Source: Octopus vulgaris (taxonomy: Eukaryota). From it: DNA of 64,000 nucleotides. Numbering within the stretch: position 1 is the stretch's first letter; each line of letters begins with the position of its first letter. The position numbers and the translations under genes are program-made. The notes under the pieces are model-generated. The model ran no database searches, was not told the origin of the DNA, and saw nothing but the letters and a program-made list of their open reading frames with translations. The stretch is taken from the NCBI GenBank assembly GCA_951406725.2, contig OX597829.1:54126001-54190000 (forward strand), read 5' to 3'. This document shows positions 48,054-60,816 of this stretch, piece by piece.

Positions 48054-50531
48054 GTAAATATCACATTTGTTTAGAAAGAGATTTGTTATTGTTGTTGTTT
48101 GTCTTTTTTAACTTCAAGTATGTTAATATTTCAAATTTCAAAATATATTTTAAAATCACTTATATTCTATGAAAGATCAAAATTAACTTCCCCTTCTTCA
48201 CTCTTATACATGTGTGTTATATCCCTAGAATATAGTATAGCCCAAAATTCTGTACTGAATTCACTACAGGTGTGTGGTTAAGAAACTGGCTTCTTGACCA
48301 TATGGTTCCAGGTTCAGTCTCACTTCATGGTATCTTGGGAAAATGTCTTCCACTATGGCCTGGGGCAGACAAAAGCCTTGTGAGGGAATTTAGTTGACAG
48401 AAACTGGAAGAAGACCACCATGGTGTCATCATCATTTAACGTTCCTGTTCTGTGCTGGCATGAGTTGGATGGTTTGACAGGAGCAGATGAGTCCAGTCAC
48501 TGCTTTAGCATGATTTCTATGGCTTGGACGCCTTTCCTAATGCCAACCAACCAACCAATTTACTGCTTGTTCTGGGTGCTTTTATTGTACTGCTAGCATT
48601 AGTGATGTTACCAAAAGGCGGCAAGCTGGCAGAATCGTTAGTATGTCAGGAGAAATGCTCAGCGGTATTTCGTCTGTTGCTACATTCTGAGTTCAAATTC
48701 CACTGAGGTTGACTTTACCTTTCATCCTTTCAGGGTCGATAAATTAAGTACCAGTGAACCACTGGAGTCGATGTAATTGACTAGTCCCCTTCCCCACAAT
48801 TTCAGGCCCTGTACCTATATTAGAAAGGATTAGTCATGTCAGGCAGGTCACAAGACTATGGAACCTGATGTAGGATGGGAGAGCAGATTTATGCTAGAAA
48901 TTGAGGGTAGGGTTAGTGTTTGAAGTGGGGGGGGGGCAGGTTGTGGAGGGGCTACGCGGTTACATTTAGAAGAATGGGTGAGAGTGCTCTGTAAGAGCTG
49001 CAAATAGTGATGGTGTGTTCAGGTGGACTCCTGAAGATGATGAGGTGTGAATAGTAGTGATGGAGACAGGAACTAGGAGTGTGGGGTGGGTCAGTTGGGA
49101 TTTACAAAGAGTGTAGGGATGGAGCAAGAGATGGGAAAATGGAAGGTAAGCAATGTTTGTAAAGGGTTGAAGTGTGGATAAGGGGTGGGGTGGAATGTAA
49201 CCATTGTGCAGGGAAGTGGGGGAGGGGTGAGCAGCAGCTACTCAAAGACAGCTTCTGTAGTGAAGATATAGTTGAGAGGTGGAGGGGGCAAGAGAGAAGG
49301 GACATGCTATTGGGTAGGCTACATGAGTGGGGGGAAGTGGAAGTAGGTGTATTGCACAAGGGGAAATAATTTGATGGTTCAATATGGGGGGGAGGGGGAT
49401 TAATGTAATGTGTGTGAGTATAAATATATGTGTGTATATATATTTATTCTGTGTAAATCAAGAAATGATGAGAGGGAATTTTCAACATCATCATCACTTT
49501 CCATGTTGACATGTGTTGGATGGTTTGACAGGGGCTGGCTAGTCAGAAGACTGCACCAAGCTTCACTGTCTGTTTTGGCATGGTTTTTACAACTGAATGC
49601 CCTTCCCAACACCAAGCACCCAGCAGGGCAGACTGAGTGCTTTTTATATGGCATCAACACTAGCAGAGTCCACCAAGTAACTTGTAAGACAAAGATCTTT
49701 TGAGAGGAGAGAGGGCATTGGAGGAGGTGATTTTGTGTCAGATGATGAAAAGTACAAGAAAATAAGTTTTCGCTATACATATTGACTTTTAAAAAATCGT
49801 CTGACATTGAGGCATATAAATCTGTGATGGAAGAAATAGGTATTTTTTTCTGTCATAGGTTTATACACTCCAACGTTAGACTTTTTTATTGTCAGTATGC
49901 ATAGTGAAAACTTATTTACAAAATAAATATTTATATATGAGTGTATGTGTATGCACTTGTGTCTGTGAAACAAATATCTGCAATTGCTTGTATGGAAATG
50001 TGATTGGCAGCAGTGTTGTTAGCTTCTCTTATCAATAAATCTTCCAGGTACCTTGTTCCATTGAATCCATGAGGAATAAGTGATTCTTTATTTGAAAATT
50101 AGGTAAAGGTTAGCATTGAGGAAGGGCATCTGGATGTAGGAAAATGCCTCAAATAACATTTGTCCAACCTAACAAAGCATGGGAAAATGTACATCAATGA
50201 ACGGATGATATTTATATCAGAGTGGGCGAGTGAGACTTAACCCTTTTGATACCAATCCACTTGTGACCAATCCCTTCTGGTTCTATGGTATAAACTTGTT
50301 TTAAAGTCATCTAAATTAAAACCTTTCATTAAAATTTCATTTTTATTTATACTTTAAAAGTTAGCTTAATAATGACAAAGTTATTTTAATAAATTCTTCG
50401 TTAATTTTCAAAATTAACTGAAACTAAGGTAATGTATAATAAGAGGAATATGGTAAGAAAAGGGTTTAGGTGTTTCAGCATTTGTGAATCGGTCGATAAT
50501 GTTTTATGACATTGAAAATTCTTGTTTTCAG

Positions 50532-50682
50532 ATTAGTCCTTCTTTCAAAAGAAATTTTGCAATTTTACTCAAGAAACGAGCTCAAAAGCACCCGTTTGAA
50601 AGAGTGCCAACACCGTATCAAGTGTATAGTTGGGTTTCTCCCCAAATGGAACATACCATTGATTACATTCGAGCTGAAGATG
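50532..50682 (+). CDS. CLUH: CLUH exon 9
   Basis: ttcag|ATT..G|gtaagt; [50 protein letters not shown]. Confidence 0.95.
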
Positions 50683-52029
50683 GTAAGTCATTTATATATT
50701 TCTATTGTGAGATTAGTTATTGGGCTAATCTGCTTTTCCTTATTGTTTGGCAGAAATTAAGAATTCACTGTAGATTAACCCTTTAGCATTTAATCCCACC
50801 ATGTCCAGCTCAAATGTTCAACCAGTTTTTTGTTAAACTGACTAGATACCTCTCACACCTACCCTGCAATGTCATTCTAAAAATATACAATGATATCATT
50901 GAAACCTCAAAGCTACAAGATAATGCATGGTTAATTCAAAATAATGTGAATAAATAAGCTTTACATTTGACAAAGAAATCTGAATGCTGAAGGGTTAAAA
51001 TGTTAAACCATAACCAAAAGAGAGAAGATTGATGGTATGTAATTATAATGGAGATTGAAAGTGGATCAAAATGGTATGAATGTTAGGGTGGTGAGAGTGG
51101 GGATTTGAACCAGTTGCCTTTTCTTGTTATTTTCTAAGTCAGTCAAGGACAACCTGCAGCTAGTGGGATTTCCTGAATGGAAAAATTATCATCAGTGTTT
51201 TAGTAGTCCTGCTTGTTTGACGATGAGTCACGCTCTATATGACCTGTTTTTTGAAAAAGGTGGCATATAAAAAGTACCGAATACTGTCTGTAAAGTGGTT
51301 GGTGTTAGGAACATTTTTTTTAGGACCAGAAGGATAATCCATCATATTTCTGCAACACCTGTATTTTTCTGAGATATCTTTAGTTAGTGTCTTTCAAATA
51401 TTACACCTACTGTAATAAATTTATATATATATATATATTTAATATCAGTTGTATAAAGCAAAAGACTTCTTGTAATAGATTAAAGAAAAAATTGGGGCAC
51501 TAATGGGTTAAAATAAAAATCAATTCCAAGTATTTTGGGAGAATTTTTTTCTTTCCAATGCTGAATATTTTGATGCAAGTTTTAGTACAAATATATCTCA
51601 TATCTTGATTATTGAAATTTCTGGTATATTTTCTTATTATCAGAAAGTTTCTTGCAATCATTGTTATAATAAGTTACAGTTGATTAAATTTTTGCAACAT
51701 AAAACCACCTCATCAATGCTCATTACTTTGTTTTGACAATTTGTATTGAGCTTTTCTAGAGCTTCTTTACTGGGATTAGTATAACCTCTATGTTGAACCA
51801 AGGCAGATCTCACTTTGATTACCTGTCCAAATGTAAATGGTAATTACTTATTGAATATTGATTGGCTTTAAAAGAGATGTAACCTTCTGTATCAAACACA
51901 GTAGTTTTTCAAACTTGGGTTTAACTCGAACATATTGACCAAATCTGTGAAGATTTATGTATGATTAGACATAAACAGGAAATTATTATACCAAATTTTA
52001 TCAATAGTTAATATCATTTTATCTTTTAG

Positions 52030-52166
52030 CATTTTCAACACGGTTGGGATATGAAGAACATATACCTGGCCAGACTCGTGATTGGAATGAAGAGATTCAG
52101 ACAACCAGAGAATTATCCCGAAAAACTTTACCTGACAGACTTATTCGTGAAAGAGCTATATTTAAG
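52030..52166 (+). CDS. CLUH: CLUH exon 10 (Clu domain start)
   Basis: tttag|CA..AAG|gtttgt; [46 protein letters not shown]. Confidence 0.95.
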
Positions 52167-53331
52167 GTTTGTAACTTTGTTAAATTGCTCTGCTTAGATA
52201 AATGATTATTTTATTTCTACAAGATTTTGCTGCTTATAATTTTTAAGTTCTAGGATTGGTGATTTATATAATAAGCAGCAGTAGTATACTGTTAAGTACT
52301 ATTGACTGTCTCTCCTATAAAAAAGAACTTAGGTTGAGAGAAAAATAACTATTTATGTAAATACTGTGAATGATTAAAAATATATTTTTATTGGAAAATT
52401 AAATTCAGAATTGAAATAATATGCAGTTTATTTCTGTGAAGATATTTCAATATCAGTCTTTTGGTACCAACCTACCAGAGTCCACTGATGGTTTACAAAA
52501 CTTTGCTTTATACTGTTCATGTCTAAAAACCACACATCATAATTTTTATGTAAGAAACATTACCTAAGTTACATTACCAACACCAGCTTGATAATGAAAA
52601 GGTTAATTATTTGTAAATTCTTCCAAATTCTTGATTAGTTTCAAAATAATTTGAAACACATAGATCATTGAAAATTTGAACACAAAGGTGTTCGAATTAT
52701 TCGAGTTCACTTTGTTTCATTTATTTTATTACATGCTTGATAAAAACGTAGAAGGTACCTTACCTACTTGCTCTCAATGAAGCATGATAATATCAAGTTC
52801 TCGACTTTGATTCGAAATTATTGACCTCAGAAAGATGGAAGTCTAAACTGAACTGGGCAGAGCTTGAACTTGTAGTGCAAAGATATAACCATATAGGGGA
52901 ACATTTTCAGCCGAATAGAAAGGGACAACACAAGTCTTACAGTAGCTGATCATTAAGTTGGCTCACACACACACGCACTATGAGTGTGTGAATAACAGCA
53001 TTATCATTGTCACTTACTGCAGTTACTGCTACCAGTCTTTGTATTACTATTCCTGCGGGCCAATAAAACCAGTAAATAACAATTCACTTTTTGGTGTTTC
53101 TTTTGTTTATTGTCTCATGACTTCAATTGAACTTTTTGTCTCATGAACTTCAGTTGGAACTATTTATAGCAAAATAACTCATTACATTCGATGACCCCTA
53201 CTATTTGGTGACCTGATTTCACATTTAAACCTGCTACATTTTACAACCCCAACCTGGGAACAACCAGGCTAGTCTTACATTAAGTAACACACTTTTCTTA
53301 TGTTACATATTTATTTTATTTCCTCTTTAAG

Positions 53332-53423
53332 GTAAACAGTGATTTTGTATCAGCTGCAACCCGAGGTGCTATGGCTGTGATTGATGGGAATGTTATGGCC
53401 ATTAATCCAGGAGAGGATGCAAA
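53332..53423 (+). CDS. CLUH: CLUH exon 11
   Basis: tttaag|GTA..AA|gtaagt; [31 protein letters not shown]. Confidence 0.95.
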
Positions 53424-54356
53424 GTAAGTATCAAAAATACTTCTTTGAATGTTTTGGGTGTCAACCTACATCTTCCTGCTCTGTGATACATGTTCTTCCC
53501 TCATCCACTTCTTGTCATGTGTTAGATATTCCCTCTCCCTTCACTTAACAGCTCTGTGTTAATGATGTCACCACATGGTAACTTTCTTTGAAACTTTAAT
53601 GATGTTTACTTTTCTTTACTAATATCATGTTCATCCTTTGGTTAGATCATCATCAACTTTTAGCAATGTTTTAAAGGAAGACCAGTTTTTTTACTTTCTG
53701 GTGACATACTTTAAGATTTTCCTTTTTATTACCTTAGTCTTCTAGCTGTCTTCCTCTCCACATAGGACATTTTTTTTTTAAAAGTAAACAACCTCAGGTC
53801 ATTTCATGTGCAGATTATGGTAAGAAGTTTGCTTCCTAACCACATGGTTCTCGATTCAGTTCACATTGCATGGCACTTTGGATGAAAGCCATATGATTGG
53901 ATTTGGTAAGTGGAAACTGAAAGAAGCTTGTGTATGTATATATATATACACGCAAAATATATATATATTGTGTGATGCAAACGGCACCTGTGCCAGTGGC
54001 ATGTAAAAGCACCCATTACAGTCTTGGAGTGGTTGGTGTTAGGAAGAGCATCAAGCTGTAGAAACCATGCCAAATTAGACTGGAGTCTGGCACAGCCTTC
54101 CAGCTTGCCACGTGTGGTCAAACCATCCAACCCATGCCAGCAAGGAAAAACTGACATTAAATGATGACGATGAAAACCATTTATATCTTGCACAAGACAT
54201 GTAGCTCTGTTTAGTTACATCAGAATATTTGCTTTACTACAGCTTGGTACTGTCAACAGATTTTATGTAACCATTATAATCTTGCATTGAACTATAAGAA
54301 TTTACTTTTTCTTTTTATGAGTTACATTAAAATGAATGTCTGATGTGTTTTCACAG

Positions 54357-54459
54357 GATGCAAATGTTTATTTGGAACAATATTTTCTTCTCTCTTGGAT
54401 TTGATGTCCGTGATCATTACAAAGATTTTGGTGGAGATGCTGCTGCTTATGCTGCACCT
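54357..54459 (+). CDS. CLUH: CLUH exon 12
   Basis: cacag|G..CCT|gtaaga; [34 protein letters not shown]. Confidence 0.95.
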
Positions 54460-55661
54460 GTAAGATAATTTTCATGATGTAAAAAAAAAAAACAAACGTT
54501 GGTGATTCTTCATCTCGTGTATGTGTGAGTGTGTGTGTCTGATATTGTACTGTTTTAAGCACAGTTTCCTTCTACACTTGATAGTTTTGGAAAATATGGC
54601 TGTTTCTATGTTGTTGAAATAATTAATTTTTACTGTTGGATGACCATCCTTCTATTAACTATTCAATAGTGATTAATCAGTAGCACTTTTTGTAGGCCAG
54701 GTAAGCTGTGGAATTAGAGTTGTTGTCTTGCCTAAGGGTACAAATCAATGTCTATAGCCAGTTTTGAACTCCTGCTCATATAGTTAGTATTGTAGCATCT
54801 TAACTATACAGCCATGTATGTGTACATACATAGATACTTGGCTTTATAGTTAAGATATATATATTTGCTAGTAGGGACACTGTATTTTGTCTTGCAGTCA
54901 TAATACTCTATCAAGTATATTAAACACTTTTGTTAGCAGTGTCATTCAGTTACTTTTTAAAGTTATCTCTCCTGATTTCCTACAGAAATTAGAGCCAGCT
55001 TTGGAAGTTATGATGTTGTGTATACAAAATACATCTATGTAAACAATGTAATCAAAAATTGGTTGGATATGGAACTGAAAAAAGAGCAAGAACTGAAAAT
55101 GTATACACACCCATTACCTATTTTTCTATCTTTGATTGCATTGTTTATATACGAAGCATTGTAACTTTCTGTGCTGGCTCTAAATTCTATCAAAAATCTG
55201 TTGAGATAAATTAAAAAAGATATATGTGTGTGTGTTGTGTATAATGATAGTCGTTTATTTAAAGTACCCTGTGTACATTTTAAAATGTCTATAATACTGT
55301 TTAATTTATGTGTAGTTCCTAGCACTTGAAACTGCCAAATTAAATTACCTTACTGATGCAGAATTATCTTTTAGTTTTTTTTGGAAACAAACAGTGAATG
55401 TTTATGTAGTTTCTTAACCAGTTTAATGAAGCAGACAGATATTTAGCAGTAATCTTTGAGATGTGGCTTTAATTTTAATTAACATGGCTTACATGAAAGA
55501 CAGTATGGTTATAGTTAAAAATATTAATTGATTCATCTGTCTATTTCCATATCATGGCAAGATTATAAGAAAAGAAATAAAAAAACATCTTAATGCTTTT
55601 GATGTTATAATTGAGTTTCTCTTAACAGTTTTGTAACTTTTTTTTATTTTTTCTAAAATAG

Positions 55662-55782
55662 GGAAATGACCTTCAAGGAGTAAAAGCTTATTTTGGAATT
55701 GACCCTGAAGGTCTGTATATGCTTGGAACTATTGTTGTAGATTACCGTGGCTATCGCATAACAGGACAGTCAATTATTCCAG
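55662..55782 (+). CDS. CLUH: CLUH exon 13
   Basis: aatag|GGA..G|gtactt; [40 protein letters not shown]. Confidence 0.95.
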
Positions 55783-56164
55783 GTACTTTTTACTTAATTT
55801 TATTTTTTTCTTGTATGCTGTTTTTTTTTGTGAAAATACTTGTAAATATTTATGTACTTTTTTTTTGTTTTTGTGTCTTTTTTTACAAACTTAGATATTT
55901 TAATTTGACACCTGTAATCAACTTCAGGTATGAAGATTACAAAAGTATTTAGGCTTGAAAAGCTGCATTCAATAAAGTAAACTACATTGGTCTCTTTCGT
56001 TCTTCTAATTCTATTCACAAGTTCTTCACAGCTTATGAACAATGCCCGTAATTTTGTAAATTATGCTGCAGATATGACACGTGAAATTTTTAGCAACTCT
56101 CTTCTTCGTTATTATTTACCTGTTTTATTTGGTACTGAAAATTACCTTATTTTTCTCTTTTAAG

Positions 56165-56256
56165 GTATTTTGGAAAGGGATCAAGAACAGTCAGTTGTTT
56201 ATGGATCGGTTGACTTTGGAAAAACTGTTGTCAGTAATCCAAAGTATGAAGAATTG
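56165..56256 (+). CDS. CLUH: CLUH exon 14
   Basis: tttaag|GT..TTG|gtaggt; [31 protein letters not shown]. Confidence 0.95.
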
Positions 56257-57833
56257 GTAGGTTATATTTAGTTGATGTTAACTGTTTAATTTCTGATATA
56301 TAGCTTTTTTTTTTTATATATGATGTGGGTACAAATGTATGTTATGGGCAATATTTCAAGCAGTCTTTATAAAAATCATTTATAATAACAGAGAGCATAC
56401 TAAAACGAATAGGCCATGAATAAGTTACCAGTTTTAATTTATTCAGATATTATTAGTAAATTAAAAGTAAGAGTATTTTTAATTTTTGTAAAGTTGTGTT
56501 GTAATGATATCATTTATACATCGTCATCATTGTCATTTAACATCCTCTTTCCATGGGTTGGATGGTTTGACTGAGAACTGGCAAGCCAGGAGGCTGCACC
56601 GGGCTCCAATCTGATCTGGCAATGTTTCTACAGCTAGATGCCCTTGCTAACACCAACCACTATGAGAGTGTAGTGGGTGCTTTTACGTGCCACTGGCACA
56701 GGAACCAGTCAGGCAGCACTGGCATTGGCCACGCTTGAATGGTGCTTTTTATACTTTTTTTTTTTCAAACTTGTATGGATTGGGTTAATTCTCAAATTAC
56801 CTTGATTCTTGTTGCAACCCTTTGTTATCTGGCACTCTCATCAACTGAGAAAATCTTCATCTAAGCTAAGTACACTGTTCTGTAATAAGTTCCTATTTTT
56901 GCCATAGGTATTCTAAGGCTTCTCCTAACAGGATCTATTCTGTTGTATTGTCTCTATATTGGTGACCTTGGTGCCATCACTCCTGTCCTGAATGTAGCTA
57001 AACATAGTTATCCAAGAATAACTACTAAGTTCAGGTTTAGAAATTCAATTGTCTTTTTATACATTTGTATATATTTCTCCTCGAAATTGATCCTATGATA
57101 TTTCTGTTGAGATTTAGATTTAAGGTTTAATCAATATTATTATATTTGGTAATTTTATAATAGCAGCACTAAACTACCTATGCAAATAAGCAACACACCT
57201 GTTTGACGTGTATTGCAACCAGTCACATTTTATGTTGGCTTTGATAAAATGTATGTAGACATCAAAAGAACTACCATGTGTTTTGCAACAAAATGTAATC
57301 ATTTTAATTGTCTAAATGAAAATTCTCTTAGAAAGATGATACGGATATTAAACTTTCATCCATCAGTCAGCTATTTTCAGTGAGTCTATGACAGCAAAGC
57401 CACCCTGGTGGCCAATATCAGTTGCAGAAAACATCACAGCTAAAAAATGTTGATTTTACATCTTGTGTGGAATTTTTCTTGACCAAGTTATAAATAAATA
57501 AATACATGGTTAATCTGAGAGAAGATAATATTAAGATGCAACACTCCTGTAACAGAGTTTATTTATGATGAATTTATGGTGTTACACTTTATTTGGGTAT
57601 ATTGTCACAGCATTGTATTTACATGCTCAGAATCATACAGTTTTGCCCTAAAAAATCACTTTAAAATATCTTTCAATATGTCTATAATGAAATATGCTGA
57701 ACAAAATTGCATTCTTTGTTCTTCACTAAGGAAACTCTGAGCTTTTCTTTTTGAAGTAAACTCTACCAACACATTCATGTTCTATTTTGTATTTTTAATT
57801 AATGCTTATTATATTTTTCTTGTGTATTTGTAG

Positions 57834-57874
57834 CTCAAGAAAACTGCCCTTGCTCTTAAAATTCAACCTCACAA
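57834..57874 (+). CDS. CLUH: CLUH exon 15 (41 nt)
   Basis: tgtag|CTC..AA|gtgagt; LKKTALALKIQPHK, phases match both neighbours. Confidence 0.88.
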
Positions 57875-58535
57875 GTGAGTCACTTTTTAAAAATACTATT
57901 CTGTCAATTGTACCACATAATCACACACACACACACACATACACACACACTCCCTCTCTCTCTTATTGCTCTAATGTTCCTTTTAATATTAATATTTGTC
58001 CTAGTTAACATGATTACCACATTTAAAGCCACTAAACTAAATCCTTCTAGGCAGTGCCCCAGCATGGCCACAATCCATTGAGTGAAGCAAATAAAAGATG
58101 TAAAAGAGTGTTTTGTTGTTAATGATGGGATTCACTGAATCATTTCATCTATAAAGGCATAAAAATGGATGTAATCATCATCATTATCGTTTAACGTCTG
58201 CTTTCCCTGCTGGCATGGGTTGGATGGTTTGACTGAGGACTGGCAAGCCAGGATTTTGCACCAGGCCCCAATCTGGCAAGGTTTCTACAGCTGGATGCCC
58301 TTCCTAACGCTAACCACTCCAAGTATGTAGTGGGTGCTTTTTATGTACCACTGCTGGCATGGGGTCCAGTCAGGTGGCACTGGCATCGACCACACTTGAA
58401 TAGTGCTTTTATGTTCCTTTTAATATTAAAACAACCACGCTCGAATGGTGCATGGCAGTAGCAATAAAATTTATCATTATTTCATTGCACAATTTCATTA
58501 AGTTATTCAAAATATGTTGAATTAAAATATTTCAG

Positions 58536-58590
58536 GGTTGTAAATTCTAAAGACGAAGAGATTGAACTGTATTCCTCAGTTGAATGTAAG
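58536..58590 (+). CDS. CLUH: CLUH exon 16 (55 nt)
   Basis: ttcag|G..AAG|gtgagg; VVNSKDEEIELYSSVECK. Confidence 0.93.
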
Positions 58591-60205
58591 GTGAGGAACT
58601 TTTTAACTATTTCTATACTTTAAATTTGACATTGTCTTCATTAAATACTGTTTTTTTTCTCTTTATGTGAAATGAATGTTATTAGTCATTTTTACTAGCT
58701 GTTACTTTTTACTTTTACTTTCACGGACCTTCATGGTCTACTGGGCTACTGCTTTGGTTTTCCATGATGTTAAGTGAGTAAAAGACAAATTCTCTTCTTG
58801 ATAGGATTCCAGTCTGTTTATCAAAAGAAACTTTTACCACAAGTGGATTCGAATTCAAGCTAATGAATCACTCCTCAATTTTATAGCACTGTAACTTACA
58901 GTATGGAAATTCACCATCCTGTGGTGTTACTTGAAGCTTGGTGAGCTGAGCCAATGTAAGTTTAGTGTACTGTGTACTGATGATACAATATAAACAACCA
59001 ATTGGTTAGCTATTGTCTGGTACCCAACTACCGTTTTTTATTGCCTAGCACACCGAGAAGTGGGGCAATGCCTATAACCTTTCCAGGCCTTTCTACACTG
59101 GTGAGGTCAATATTGTTGATGTTTACAATCAACTTATACACCCAAATCTATTTATATGTGTATTAATTTCAGTCTATGAACAAAGAGAAATACACATTTA
59201 TAACCTTGTCATGCAACGTAATTTTTTGGTAGACGTTTTGTGCTTTGAATTTAGCATATTGATAAAAATATTTTTTAAATGTTTGAGTTGTTGAATGTTC
59301 TATTTACATCATAAAAACATTTTTATTATAATAAACTCAAGTAATTATTCAAAACCTGACATGTACTAAAATATTTACCTAAGTAATGTATTTGTGTGAA
59401 AAACTAGAGTATAATAAAAAATTTAGAAACCTTGGTTTTCTCCTGCAACAAAAATTGTGATTTGAGAATAAATATTTATGGCTTTTTTTTGTTTTATAAA
59501 AAAAAAATTAAAATACTAAACGCTTTTGTCATATGAGGGAGGACTGCATGGCCTTTTCTCCTTGTCTTTGGAACTGGTAGGGAAAAGAGCAGGAAAAGAT
59601 TATGGCTCATCGCTTTGCCTCCTTCTGCCCCAGAACTCTATACTAATCACTATGTTCAGTTCTTCTGGCCAACAGTCATTCCTCCAAGCTAAACTCAAAA
59701 AAAAAAAAAATTGCTGAGAACCATTCCATATGTTTACAGTATTAGCAGAGTGGACTCTGCTAAAGTCCTCCAGCTTTTAGCTGGTGGCTTTAAACAGGGT
59801 GACAGATTTAAGCTAACCACCCAAGAGTAGTTACAGTTCTTCTAACTGGCTTCTATACAGTCTCTGTCTATTCAATTTTATGGTTTTACTTGATGTAAGA
59901 ATCTAATAAAAGACCATTGATCAGACTGCTCTATGTAGTATCCAAGTGATTCTGAAGTGAACATCTTAAACAAGTAGCCAAAACTGCATGGAATTATTCA
60001 TTTTAAAACAAAAGTTGATTTACATTAAGAATGCATATGTAAAGCTAATTCAGTATTTTCTAAAAATTCTTATTCAATTTTTAAAGAATTATTGGTACAT
60101 GTTTCCAAATTTATAAATAATTCATGTACAGACAAATATACTTTTTCCCTTCAAGTGAAACAATAATTTATTTTCTAAAACTGAGTAAATCTTTTTTTTT
60201 TCCAG

Positions 60206-60284
60206 GGTATTATTGGAAATGATCAACGACATTATGTTCTAGATCTTCTGAGAACATTTCCTCCTGATGTTAATTTTCTTCCAG
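60206..60284 (+). CDS. CLUH: CLUH exon 17
   Basis: tccag|GGT..G|gtaaga; [26 protein letters not shown]. Confidence 0.95.
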
Positions 60285-60816
60285 GTAAGATGAATTTGGT
60301 CAATGAAGTCTTTAGGTGAGATGATGCGGAGAATAAATTTGTGTGAGGGGCTGGTAGTGGAGATAGTAAAAAATTCAGAAGCTTGCTTCCCAACCAAATG
60401 GTCTTGAGGTTTCACCCCCACTTCACAGCACTTTGGGCAAATGTCTTCTACTATAGCACTGGGAAAACCAAAGCCTCATGAGATTTGATAGATGGAAACT
60501 GAGAGAAGCCTGTTGTGTGTGTGTGTGTTTGTACATTGTTGTGTATATGTATTCTTGTCTTCTCACCTTATGATGGTTGTAAACAAACATCACCAACATA
60601 CAAGTGTAATGTTATTTGTTTCCAATCTTCCATGGAAAGCATGTCTGGTGATATGGAAATACTACCTTATTGGGAAACAGGTGAGAGTTGGTGAACCGGA
60701 GTGTCGTCCAGCCAAATTCTATCTGACCCATGTAGTCATGGAAAAGTGGATGTTAAATGTGATGATGATACGTGTGTGCATGCATACGTATATATATGTG
60801 TATATGTTCCTATGTA

